Below are positions 37,801-55,600 of a DNA stretch of 64,000 nt, piece after piece. Below the pieces are notes generated by a model, which was not told the DNA's origin, did not search any database, and saw only the letters and a list, made by a program, of their open reading frames with translations. How positions within the stretch are numbered: position 1 is the stretch's first letter; every line of letters starts with the position of its first letter. This DNA comes from Zygnema circumcarinatum SAG 698-1b. Taxonomy: Eukaryota; Plantae; Zygnematophyceae. The position numbers and the translations under genes are program-made. Location: positions 2,180,327-2,244,326 of the forward strand of contig CM074807.1 in NCBI GenBank assembly GCA_037447605.1. The letters are read 5' to 3'.

Positions 37801-40335
37801 GGAAGGCAGTGCAGGATCCCGGGCTGTAGCAGCAGCTCTGAGGGGAGGGACGGATGGGGCACGAGATCCGACGGGCTTAACAGAAGGCGGAGCGAATGTG
37901 CGAGCTGCATGGTTGGATAGCAGAAGCCCCCGAAAAGTAGTAACGTACGGACTGGCAGAGGACAGTGAGTGGCGAGCGACTATGCTGGTGCCCAATCCAC
38001 AGGGGGGCACGGACTATGTTGTGGTGAGAGGCTGCACTCGGCCGAAGCTTGTAGAGACCAGAGACTAGCAGTATTGACACAGCTGTCATGTTTTTTCACG
38101 AGCTTCAACGGAGGTATCAGAGGCAATCTCCTGGTTGTTGGACTGTGGAGTTCCATTCTGATAGAATCGTAGCCTTTTGGATGTTTGAGATATCCCATGG
38201 AGATCATCCTTGAATCCATCCAGCGTTTACAGGCGCGCATTTACACCACGTAAGTGCGATTTTGTTGGGAATTGGGGAATCGCAGGTCCACGCAGGTCGT
38301 CCCATGGCTCGAGTCAGTCTCCGACTACCAGGAACACACAATGTTCTGAACTCACTCGCGGTGGGTCCTCTCTCGTATTCTATTGTTGTAGTGGACCTGT
38401 AACTGCATGAACACGCTTGTTACAAACAACTGTACTCTTGGACACTGGTCTTTACCAATGAGTTGTTGTGTCTGCCATGCGGCTGACGGGTTCTGTGAGC
38501 ATACTTTATGGTTGGAGAGGAATGCGGCATCTCTATGTGACAGATGAGCTAAATATTTGACAGTCTACTTATCCCTGGTTCTTTTCATTTTTACGAGTCT
38601 GCTGTATCTTTTGTATGGAACCTGAGTAAACAGAACTGCGCAGGTGGTGGTGACAGCTGCCCTGCTTTCAGTTCAGGACATGCCGGCCGGCGATGGCTCA
38701 GCGCAGTTGGCAGCCATGCAGAGGACAGCGCAGGCTGTGAGTGCCGCTCTGAGTCAGTTTCAAGGGGTGAGGAGACGCTTTGAGGTTGTGGGCCGAGCAA
38801 GAGGCTGCGTTATTTTGGACGACTACGCGCACCATCCGAGTGAAGTGCGGGCAACTTTACAGGCAGCGAGGCAACGGTTCAATCAGCAGCCCCTCTGGGT
38901 GGTATTTCAACCCCACACATTCAGGTGTGTGCCCCTCATTGGAATTATAGCCCTTTACCAGTTTCCTGGATCGACAGGAAACTCAAGTCATTTGACAGGC
39001 ACATTCAATTTTGGGAGCATGTGTCAAGTGAAATGTCGAAGGTCATTCCTGACAGGAGAAATGACTTTGGAATGTGAGCAGCCGATTGGCTCGACTGTTA
39101 CCAGACTTTGCGCCTGCATTTAGTGCTGCCGATCGAGTGATTGTAACAAAGGTAGGCTTTACGATGGTTATTCGCTGCTCCAAATGCTTTCTTACGTGGA
39201 AGTGTGTGTTCTTTGGCAATCTTGAACCGTGATGGAGAATTGAAGCTCCTTTGCTCACTTAAGACTGCATATGCTGCAGGAGTTTTTCATTCTGTGGGAC
39301 AGCTGGCACGTCCGATAACACCACATTCATAGTAAATTAAGTCATTGTCTGTCTTCCAAAAAATCTATCTAAGAAGCGCCATGGCAAGGCTACAGGTTTA
39401 TGCGGCTCGGGAGGAGGATGTGTGGCGTGTGAGTGGTGCCGACTTGGTCGAACAAATCACAGGCCCGCCAGCCATCTATATTCCAACTTTGGTACTCCCG
39501 AAACTTCCTACCTTTGAAGTTACTCCCAGTAGTCTGCCAGTGAGTTCTAAGTAGAGTTGGCTCCTCAGCTATGTTGGGACAGAGCTGCGTCAGAGTGTTA
39601 AACCTGAAGCTGCAAGCCAGAGACACGAGAAAGGGAAGTAGCTTTGGCTTTGGCCTCTCATTCTCATTCTCTATGGAAGTTCGATAGAGCCGTATAGGTT
39701 CACGAGTGGATTAGGTGACAACGATATTCATAAAAGACAATTCGTGCTAGCTCACCATGTCTTCTACTTTTAGTTGTTTTATGCCGATATCTAGAAACTG
39801 ACATTCACTGTTCCAAAGTATGCGTTTGGTTTCTTCGGCTGTTGTTACTGGATCCTGGGTCTTGGAGAAATAACTGTAAGAATTTCAATGTAGTTGTTGT
39901 GAATTCCCCGTTAGCAAACTCTTCGAGTGTTGGCAAAATGCAGGAAGAAGTTGTGGAGCGGCTCTCCTGGGAGATCATAGCTGCTGGTCCTCAAAGGGAG
40001 GAGACTGTTGTGCTCACACTTGGTGCAGGTTTGGCAAAAACTTTTACTCCATTCTGTATGTCAGGGAGAACAAGGAGGAAAGGATAAGGAAAGGGTTCTC
40101 AAGGAGGGATGGGTGGAATGATATGGCTCATACCTTAGGCGTGCACTAGTTGACGGCAGAACCTGTCTCGGTGACAAGGTGATATGTGAGACCTGGATAA
40201 TTACAAGCTGCCTGGGGATGCAGACTGTCTCCATGCCTGATTTCAAATACGCCAAATTCTGTGCCTTGTTCTGCAGGTGACATCACCCGGTTGGGCCCCC
40301 TGCTGCTGGCTGCTCTGACGGAGGGAAGCGGATGA
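34831..40335 (+). CDS. murC: UDP-N-acetylmuramate--L-alanine ligase with a transit-peptide-like N-terminus (plastid peptidoglycan pathway)
   Basis: VHFIGIGGAGLSALA, GWRVTGSD, VVVSSAV, IAVAGSHG|GKSTT, VLE|ADEYDGCF, VVTNVEWEHVD, PGTHNVLNSLA, FQGVRRRFE, LDDYAHHPSEV, VVFQPHT, VYAARE and LTLGAG|DIT; stop at 40335. A Ser/Arg/Ala-rich leader of ~80 aa precedes the domain. Confidence 0.95.
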
Positions 40336-41078
40336 AGGGGCGCACTTATTGGTTGCGGATATCACAGGGAGGGGGGTTGAGCCGGGAGAGGCAGCGTATT
40401 TGGCCATACCATCCATCTGATCGCTATTGCCATGCGAAAGGCTGAGACCGCCTTCAGACGCAGTTTCCGGAAACTGCATAGCATGCAGTATCAGTCTTCA
40501 GGAGTTTGGGAAAGCTCGGCCTCTTGGAGACGACTGAAATTGAAACGTGCTTCTCAATCTGCAGGCCATTTCTGAGGGTTTCTACTGCAGTTAATCGGCT
40601 ACATTACGCAGTACAATCACAACCGCTCTGCATTGTTTGCAAGGCTTGCGTCACCTTATGAGTTGTCCTCTGAGAATTAGGAGCAGGACCCCCATTTTCC
40701 AGTCCTTTGTCAACTTATTGTTTTCTGTGTGTAACTGAATAATCCTGAGAGTGTGAAGCTGCACCACGTAAGCGATCCACAGCCAAATGCGCTCCTTGAC
40801 ACCTGCTTACACCGTCCGTGCAGTTCTAGCAGCGGTAAAACGAGGGGGTCACCCCATACTCATGCCATCAGCTTTCCTCTCCCCTCTCTTTATGGTAGCA
40901 GACGGTCTCGCCCCAAAGCTGAAGCCCCATCATTTCTGCGCCCCTCGCGTCCCATACGACCGCTCGACACGGGCAGGCGGAAATCCACATCCGTACGGAC
41001 CATCGCACAATCGCGATCTGCGTTATTGCGTCGCTTTCCGCCCCCTTCTCGGGAGGGGACTCGGACCCGCGCCTCATC

Positions 41079-41175
41079 ATGACCGTGGCCATCGCCGCGG
41101 CAGTGACTATAGCTATGACCATCACCACTGCCGCAAACATGACTATAGCCATGACCATGACCACGATGACGATCC
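41079..41175 (+). repeat. Degenerate ATGACC/ATGACT hexamer-like repeat upstream of the SAM-domain gene
   Basis: catcatgaccgtggcc...gctatgaccatc...catgactatagccatgaccatgaccacgatgacgat, with six in-frame ATGs. Confidence 0.55.
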
Positions 41176-41364
41176 CTGTGCCCGAAGGGCCGGTGCTATC
41201 CGAGGCCGCGTCATTGCGCTACGGCCTGGGGCCGGCCCCTCTCGTTCCCTGCGCGCGTCATTTGCGTTCTGACGCCGCTGCGGAGCCAGGGCGGGGCCGC
41301 TTACCCATCCGCGCCCGCGCGCCTCTAATCCAGACCCGAGACAGAGAGAGAGGGAGGGAGGCTG

Positions 41365-44300
41365 ATGACCTCTCCCAATGGCAGCCATGGCGAGCCCTCC
41401 GGCGACTCGCCCCCAACAGAGGCGCCCCCTGCGGACGAGCAGGGAAGAAGGCCTGTAAGTGTGGAGCCCGTTGAAGCCGCCTCTCCTGCCCGGGAGGCTT
41501 CCTGGAGGGACGATGCGAGTCAGCCTCCCCCTGACCCCTGGGATTTCTGGCAGCGCTGGGTGCACTGGGCGGAAGGGAATAACCTAGAGGGGGGGTTTCC
41601 GGGGACCATGCCGGGGAGGAGGTTTCGAGGGCCGCATCCGCGTCCCCCGCATCCCCCGCATCCCCTTCATCCTCCGCATCACGTGGGGCCGGGGTTCGGT
41701 GGTCCTGAATGGTGGGGGCCGCACAGGGGACGAGGTCATCCTCCTAAGGGGTTCAGACACCATCCCAGACGGCTGTGGCCTCCTCCGCCGCACGGACATC
41801 ACCACCCCTGGATGCAAGCACCATATGGAGGCCCGGAAGGCGCTGAGTGGAGAAGTGCAGGTGAAGAAAGTCAGGCTGGCAGTGGGAATGGCTTTAGAGA
41901 TATTCAGGGTTTGAACGGGGGTGGAGGAGCCAGGGATGAGGCTGCAGGGAGCAGAGACGGTCTCGAAAGTCAAAAGGAAGGGGAAGCAGGACAGGCAGAG
42001 GCGGACACTGGATCTCCAACGCGTTCTACTACGGGTGCTGATGCAGGCGGGCACGAAGCTTTTCCCACACTCCCTCCCTATCCGCCCTTTCCTCCGTTCC
42101 TACCACCTCTGGGGGGGCTCCAACTGCAGCCTGTGCTGTCACCTGGTTCCCTCCCACCCCCTCATCCTCCCCATTCGCCGCTCTTTGGATTCCAGCCCTA
42201 TGATAGGCACATGCTGGAAGCCCACCTTGCAGCGTTGCATGCTACGTACCAACGGGGGCAGCCGGAAGTGCCTGCGTCAGAAGGCTCTGTAGAGGTGCGG
42301 AGCGACCCAAAGGATCGCTACTGCTCTGTAACGGAGTCAGGAGAAAGCAGCGGAGTCGATCCAAAATTGGAAAAGTCAAAATCGGAAGGCGGGCAGGAAG
42401 GGAGTGGGCGCAAGCACAAGCTCATTTTGGAGGAGCAACGATATCCTTGGAAAAGAGGGCGCGCTAAGGAGGAAGGGGGGCACCTGCGTGCTCGCAGAGA
42501 CCGGGATGTGAGGGCGGAGCTGGAGAGGCGGACGGTGGAAAAGCTTACAGCCGAATTGGCAAAGCAAGCTGCCCCTTCCGTGGGAAGCACTGCTGAGCCC
42601 TTGACAGCATCGGTACGTGAATTACTTTGTACTGGTGCAGCCGATGTGGCATCTGTAAGGACCTCCGCGAATGGTGCTTTCGTGCCTGCATCTTGTTCTG
42701 CGGAGAAAGTGGTGGGAGCAGAGCCTGCTTCGACGACGGAAGGAAAGGGCGATATGGCTGTTGATGGAGGAAGGGCAGGGGAAGAAGATGCAGAAATGGA
42801 GGATGCGGCTAGAGAGGAGGATGGGGGAGGCAACGCTTTGCAAACTGATGAGAAGGAAGATTTAGTGAAAGACGCAGATGACGGTACAGAAAAGATAGAT
42901 TCACCAGAGGGGAGCTTGAGCGGCCTTCGCCAAGACACGGGAGGGAACAGAAGGGTCATTGATTTGGAGCAGATTCCCCCAGAGGAAGAGGAGGAGCAGC
43001 AGGTTTTGAAGGAGGGGTTTTCAGGGAAGATGAGGCAGGCTGACAGCTTGACAAAAGCGGACAGTTGTGATAGTGAGTTTGCAGGTGAGAAACCACCGGC
43101 GAAACTGCGAATTGCTGGACCATCTTCTGAGAACGGCAGGCGAGTAAAACAGGCTGGGCCACCAGCAGGCTTAGTGAGTGGAGCTGGAATTTCAAAAACT
43201 GTAGAAGCACTAAAAGTCCAAGAGCTGCCAGTCAGCGCAAGGACAGCAGCAGATACCATTGCACATAGTCGAGACGATCCTCGACTTGTCACTTACATGA
43301 AGCGATTAGGGTTGAGTGAGTACACAGCTGTATTGACTGCGGCATGGGTGGACATGGATGAACTTCCAAGGCTATCCCTGGAGGAGTTGAGGCAGCTGGG
43401 ATTACCAGAAGAAGTATGTAGGAAGGTAAGAAAGGCGCTGGGGGCCACGAACGGCCAAGGGGATCCGGAAGTGGCTGCGTTCTTGGAGACTCTTGGACTT
43501 GGCAAGTTCGCACCTCTGCTTGCAGAGCAGTGGGTTGACATGGCTGAGTTGATTTGTATGGACGAAAGTGAGCTTTTGCAGCTGGGAATGCCTACAGGTG
43601 CTGCGAAGCGGCTGCTGCGTGGTTTGACAAGGTGAGTTATTGCACCGGTCTTGCCGTTGGTCCGGCGAAATTCAACTCTTTAGTTTACTCCTCAACCTCT
43701 GCTGACCACCTTATATTTCTTAGGGATTGTGACCGTCCAAATCATACCCCACTTCCTTTTGTGGGTAAACTGAATGAAGTCGCCTGATCACCGTCCATTT
43801 CCTTAGCGTCCAACATTTTGGTTGTCGAATTGGCTGTGCTGGACGCTGATATTGAACTTTAAATCAGCTGACTTAGCAATGAGCTGTGAGCTGCAGGGTT
43901 AAACGAGGAGCTGGCACTCCTTTACCGCGAGGTCCTCCGAGTGTTGCCCCGGGTCTTCATCATTCTCCTGGACACCAACCCCCGCCTGCAATGTTCCACA
44001 ACCACCCACATCAACCACTATCACAAACTCACATGTCTGCGCCCTGGGGCAGACCGCGCATGCCACCTCCCCATCTAGCTGGTAAAGGTTTAGGGATAGG
44101 ATACACGTTTGGAAAGGAAGAGCACTCGCAGCGGTCCAACGGGCAGCAAGAGGCAGGGCAATGGAGCAGCCTTAGGTCGACAAGCGTATCAGCTGTTTCA
44201 GGCTCCCAGAGCATGGCGGACGTTACAGCCACGTCAGGGTCACCGTTGATGACCAGTTCCTTCAGTCGCAGATCTCCAAAGGCGATAGCAGACGCCCTTG

Positions 44301-44440
44301 CAGCAGCGCAGGCTGTGGCTGTGAAGGCTGCCGCTGCGCAGGATGTAGCTGAACAGCCTCAAGTGGCCGGAGCAGTGTCTGAGCTAGCAACAGCAGCAAA
44401 AGCGCTGCTCGAACTTCTTCAGAAGCAGAGCCTGTCATAG
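41365..44440 (+). CDS. Unknown ~936-aa low-complexity protein with two tandem SAM domains; two exons (41365-43631, 43897-44440)
   Basis: A 756-codon open frame joins via AG|gtgagt ... ctgcag|G into the 43886-44440 frame. SAM-like repeats: DPRLVTYMKRLGLSEYTAVLTAAWVDMDELPRLSLEELRQLGLP and DPEVAAFLETLGLGKFAPLLAEQWVDMAELICMDESELLQLGMPTGAAKRLL. Confidence 0.85.
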
Positions 44441-45615
44441 TTCTCTAAGCTGCATAGAAGGGTTTTCTCGAAGGAGATTTGTTGTGCTAGGTGTCCTCTG
44501 ATTATTCATCCCACTTGCTCTTTACAGTGTACAGTTAGGAGATTGTGAGGAGCTGGTTAAAATTGTATAGCCTGCTAGTCAGGACCTGTGGTTGGCTGTT
44601 CTATGCCAGACACTACTATTTTTGTTGGTACATGAAAGTATGTGCTGCGCTGCTTTGCTGAAGGACAAGCAGTTGTCAATACTTGACGAATGGACAGGCA
44701 ATTTCAACACTTACGCTGCAACTTCCAGCTTTGGCCTTCTCCGATTTTCTATTGTCAGCTACATGGGTTTTTTAACAATTATTTCTTACAGCGCCAATTT
44801 TTTGCAGAGGCCATTTTCATGAGTACTAAGAAATTAGCAACTTTCCTGTCCATGTGTTTTTCATATCCAGAGCTATCCAGAGTTTGGAGTCCATTCCTCC
44901 CGGTATCTGGCAAGTGTGCAGAGCTAGCACCTAGTCGTTTTTTTTTATTTTTTCCCGTCTAGTTCCCGAATTGCTTTGTACAGGTTTCTCCCGTGCTTTT
45001 GTGCATGGCTCGCAGAGTAGCACCTGCGGATCCGAGGCGCTCTTGACTTCCTGTGCGGAGCTTCTCGCATTTCGGTGCTCACAACATCGCAAAAAGAGAG
45101 GGTTTTTTTCACCATGGCCCGGTCGCCGAGTGGTGGTGCATGGATACGATGCGGCGCAGGTTCACATCGGCATATTTGGGTTTTCAAAGCTCTCAGGTTC
45201 AGAGTAGCACCGAAACAAAGCAGCCCTTAAAGAAGATGTTGCTTCCAAACCTATGTGGGTGGCATGGAGTCAGGACGCGGGTCAAGGGAAGCGACGCCCC
45301 TCGCAAACAAGAGCAAATGCCTGCATAGGCATTCTCCGACGCGCCTTCATTAGGGATCAACAGAAACCGTTACGGCTGATCAAGGTTCCTCCTCGATAAA
45401 AAGAGGATAGGCTAACTTCGCTTCCATCCAGAACTTCTCAAATCCCCACGACTGTTGAAATTGCCACGCATTCCTCTGCCAGCTGCATTGTGAGCGACAG
45501 GCAGATAACGCACGATCACATTAGTCTCATAGGAAGAAAAGGAACGAAAATAAATTGCCCACTGGACGAGACTACCATGGAGCCTGCAACTCGCCATCAC
45601 CGCCGGCTGGAGGCC

Positions 45616-45783
45616 AACCCTAAAAGTGGCTCTCCCTGCTCTCTGCATGCTCCGCCGCCTCCGCGGAATTTCAACCATTTCCTTCAACACAGATCCATCC
45701 AGTTCCAGTTCTGTCCCCAGTCAAAATTACCGTTTCAGGGAACTGTAAAACACGGAGCGCCATCCAAAATCTCCCGCCAAAAA
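45616..45783. promoter_or_regulatory. MCM7 promoter with a telo-box-like AACCCTAA (45616-45623) and an E2F site CTCCCGCCAAAA (45771-45782)
   Basis: Both motifs are seen directly. E2F control of MCM genes is established in plants and animals. Confidence 0.6.
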
Positions 45784-45889
45784 AAGTTCTAAATTTACCA
45801 CCACTTAACCTCACATTCACACTTCACCTCTCGAGATTATAACTCTTTAAAGCGAGTGCCTGCTCTCTCCCAGGTTTCAAGGGGAAGCC

Positions 45890-51358
<5,469 letters not shown>

Positions 51359-52630
51359 TCCATTCCACGCTAGGAGAGTACTCCATGGTTCACGGTTACG
51401 GTTCCTGGTGATGCCTGTTCAACCTTTGAAGGCCAGAATAATCTGAGGTCTTTGATATCATGAAATCAGAGCTGATTCGCCTCTAATAACTACTGCAGCG
51501 CCTCTTGGGGGAGTCGAGACTCTGCTCCAGGTGTTTTTCCCTTTTTGTTCGCTCATCATGCTCCACATCTCCGGGGAGTTTATGTAATGAAGTATGAAAC
51601 TCCGTCAAGTACCGAAGAAAGCTACTGAGGCAACATCACACCGGGCATCGGCTGATGTTACCTGCAACGACTTGGCGGGATTCAAAGGGTGATTATCCGT
51701 CCTCGTCCTGAATTCGAACCACTTATCGTCCTCCTCTTTATCTGTGATAACGTGGAACATAATTGCAGCCTTGTTTAAAGGGAGCAGTTAAGCAGTTGAT
51801 TACCAGCACATATGTTGCGGCAATCCAGATTGAGAAGTTTTTCATACATTCCTTTGTAACAGATAAGCAGTAGCATTGATGTGTTGTCCTTGTTGTTTGC
51901 AAGCATGGCTGTAGAAATCGCCCAACTGAGGGAAGAAGAGTGCTGGGGTTGAGATAGATTCCGTCCACTAGGCAGGCAGGGTACTCCAGCAAAGCCTCCA
52001 CTTCAAGATTTTTTGCCACAAATTGGTTCATGTATGAGCTTGTCCCAGTGTTTCAAGAATCGATACAATCTTTTTAGCACAAACTTCCCCATACAGACTG
52101 TCATGAAACGATATTTTCTAAGTGTTCATTTACAAAAACAATGGGTGATTGAAACCTTTTCCGGAGGTTTGAACCCTAAGCTTGGTAGACAATACGGCGC
52201 GAACAAAAATACCACTCTTAATAGTAACGCACACCACCTCTTATATGAGTACCCTCCCACGGCTTCAAAAACCCATGCCGAGGGGCTAAGGTCTCAAGAC
52301 ATGTTCTAAACCCTAGTTCTTGCTGAGCTGCGCGCTCTAAACTGCATGAGATGAGCTCTCCTACGATCCCCTACGAGAACTTGTTCCAAAAAAAAGGGGA
52401 GCTTCTGCCTAGGCAGAAGATGCCAACCTAGCGATAACGAGGTTGAAGTAAAATCTGCAAAACTGATTTCGCCGTAGCTCGGTGCAAGTAAGCCCCTACA
52501 AGAGTGGTCTATAAACAGACACACTTAAAAAATCCGCCTCAGTAGTCTACTCAAGCACTCTTCTAAGCTGCGAATGGGTCTGCGCCTTCCTTGACTCTCA
52601 CCTTCCAGCTCGCGCCCTTCCTCGATGCCC

Positions 52631-55600
52631 TCACTTAGAGCTAGGCCCACTTGCTGTTAGTGTTATGGAACTTATGTCCGGCAGGTTGACGAATGCGTCA
52701 GCAACTACTTTCAGCATTGCCACCACATCTTCTGAGGAGCTGAGAGAGTAGCGAGCTTGAGAACGTTTACGTCCCACTGCGCAGGAGAAGTACTGCTCGC
52801 CATTCAAGTCCAGTATGGACACATACTCGCCACTTCTTGATGAGTCGTCTGAGTCCGCTGGCGAGCGTTCAAGTGGGCCCTTCTCTCTGCCTGTACGCGG
52901 AAGGGAGCTCAAATCCATTCGCCCATTGCGATCGAGAGAGTGTGGCTGGAAGTTGTTGGTGCCTTTTCGATGCTCCCCAAGTTTTCCCTTCGCCTTTCCC
53001 ACAGTGGGCCGCTCAGAACCTCTTGGTCCTCCCCTGCGACTCTCTCCTTGGCGGACGCTGCCATCGTCACCATCAAAGGGGAGTTCGGGCTCGAAGAAGC
53101 GAAAGACATCCTCATCCTGTCAACGACGAAGCACTGGCAGCCATGAGGAGAAGTCTCCAGACTACAAAGGAGACTACTTTATAAATCACACTCAGTTTTA
53201 ATGGCAAGAAGTGGAATGTAAGGCACAGCAGGGGTTTGCTTGCTCCTACTGCTCTGTAACTTACACTGCAAACATAAGCTTCTTGGCCAAACCTCACGCC
53301 AATGTTAATGCATGCAACTTCATAGGATATGATTTCTGGAAGAAGCAACGGGGGGGTTCAGCTCTCACCTTTGCAAGGAAGTGACCACAACAAAGCACAT
53401 AGTCAATAGGTGCCGTCATAGACTTTTGATGAACAATTTCGCCCAATATCCTCTCAATTGCAGCACCCTGCAAATGCGAAAGCCCATATCAGATGATGCC
53501 GACACCGAATGGCATCACCAGTGCTTCTGGCGATCAGGCTACAAGCTGGCAGCTTTCAGAGGGAGCTCTCACCTTTGAGACACCAATTGAGCGAACTTCT
53601 ACGGACTTGCTTCCCTGCAGGTTGACATCAACCTTTGTGAGCAGACTCAAAAAAGTCAAACCGCCCAGGAAAAAACATAGACTCCACTCTCGACCCATCC
53701 GCCTGTTTCAAGAATCAAACATGCAGGAAATAAAAAAGTTCTACACGTCCATTTCTGCTTGGTTGCAGCGTTTCTACCCTGCCAATACGATAATCAACTG
53801 AGCCACATCTGCCATTCTCCTCGTTAGGTGCTGCAGACGCACTCTCCACTACTTGCATACATACAAAAACAAGATCTGCTCGGTAGCAAAAGCTGAACTC
53901 ACCTGGACAACATCCACCGCTGCGTTTGAGATTGGGCCCGTCCACAAGTGCTGCAACATGTCCCTCGCCTGCACTCGTCCAAACTCAACATCTGCACCCA
54001 TCCAATAATCCCTCCTGATAGGGGGTGAAAATCCAACCACACTGGATTTCATAACCGAACAAGGTTTGTTGCCTCTTCACATTATTCTATCCATTCTAAA
54101 CCATACTGGAACAACCAACCACAACAGTAAGTCATTAGACTCGCTCAGCAACTGAAGACGAAATCAAGAGATGCACACATGGAGCCCAGAAATGTAAGCA
54201 GTGAAAGGGCCGCAGCATTACCTGCATACTTGTAATTCCACACTAGAGAAGTCTCTCGGGCTTCCACATAAGATCGCGGAGTACGCTCGCAGAAGTAATC
54301 AAACACCTGCTGCAGACATTTCCCTCCAGAAACGAGTAGCCAATATCAGAGGAAACTATCTTATCCGCGGAATCTTTCCATTGCGAAATGACAGACAGGG
54401 TTGCCGAAAGCCTTCAAGGGCAATGCACAAAAGGCATTGAGCAGCACCTGAACGCTCTCCACCCAATCCATATGAAGATGCTCCGGCATGGTAGTCATCC
54501 AATCGCCACGTGGCGGTTTCAAGAACATCCCATTTTCTGCTGCAAGCCACACATTGTACTCCCCAAAAGACTGCCCCCCAAAAACGGTGCTTTTTTATTA
54601 TTAGGGCGGCAGATCCACTATGATTAGTTATGGTGTACCACGGCTATGTTCCATATTGCGTCAAATTTGGTAGGCAAACCCCACCGCCCTCCCTTCCCCC
54701 TCACCCCCCTTTTAAAAAAAAAAAAAAAAGACCTATGGGCATAGATAAGTAGAGAACTTGCACCTCATCAAGAATCACACGTTCTGAGCCACTGAGAATG
54801 ATGATAGTTGTCTGCGGATCTGCGCAGAGCACATTTAGAACTTCGGGCATCTGCGCATGCAGTCGCAACTTCATCTCTTTGATCTGATCGGGTGCACGCC
54901 GCCGTGGGGCCTCTATGTGAGCAGTGAGTGTGGAGTTGTAGCCCTGCACAAAGGCGAATTCTCGGCATGTTCAGCAGCTCAGTATTCCAGCATTAACCCT
55001 GCTATGATCGACAAGCTATGCTCAGAGAGCTGGGTGGTTTGCAAAAGGCCCTTTCTGCAGGCTGAATTGAGGAAGTTGGCAGATTGCAAGCAGATATGCG
55101 CTTACAGAAGTCGAGGTACTAATACGTGAACAGTTTTACGCCTTCCAATGCCTTGTATAACGTGGCAATGCTATGCAGGATATCTGACAGGACATTGTTC
55201 GAAGTGATCTCTCACCAAAATGAGAAGGCGATTGGAAGCTTTGTGGTATGCCTCGGCAGCATGGGCAACAGGGAGCTGAGGGGGGATGCGGAGAGTGCGG
55301 AGCTCAGCCTCCACAATGGTGTCGTTCAGCTCGCTGGTGACCGCCCAAGACCAACCGTCAGATTCGTCTTCTTAGGAAATCTCAAGAGAGTCAACATCGC
55401 ACAATTGCTCTAAACGCTACGAGTCACAAGTGAAGAGTTGATGAGAGGTTATCTTCAGGACACAAATATTCACTAAGGCTCCAAGTGCTGGTGGGAAACA
55501 GTAACAGAGGCTTTCGCGGGAAAGAAAAGATAGAAGAACAACCAAGGTCAGAAGCAATAACGACACCGAATAGCTAGTGATTAGAAGGTCAAAAAGACAC

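Noticed and set aside
42318-43292. 324-aa antisense ORF opposite the SAM-domain exon
   Set aside because: Ser/Phe-rich shadow frame typical of the antisense of a Glu/Lys-rich coding strand.
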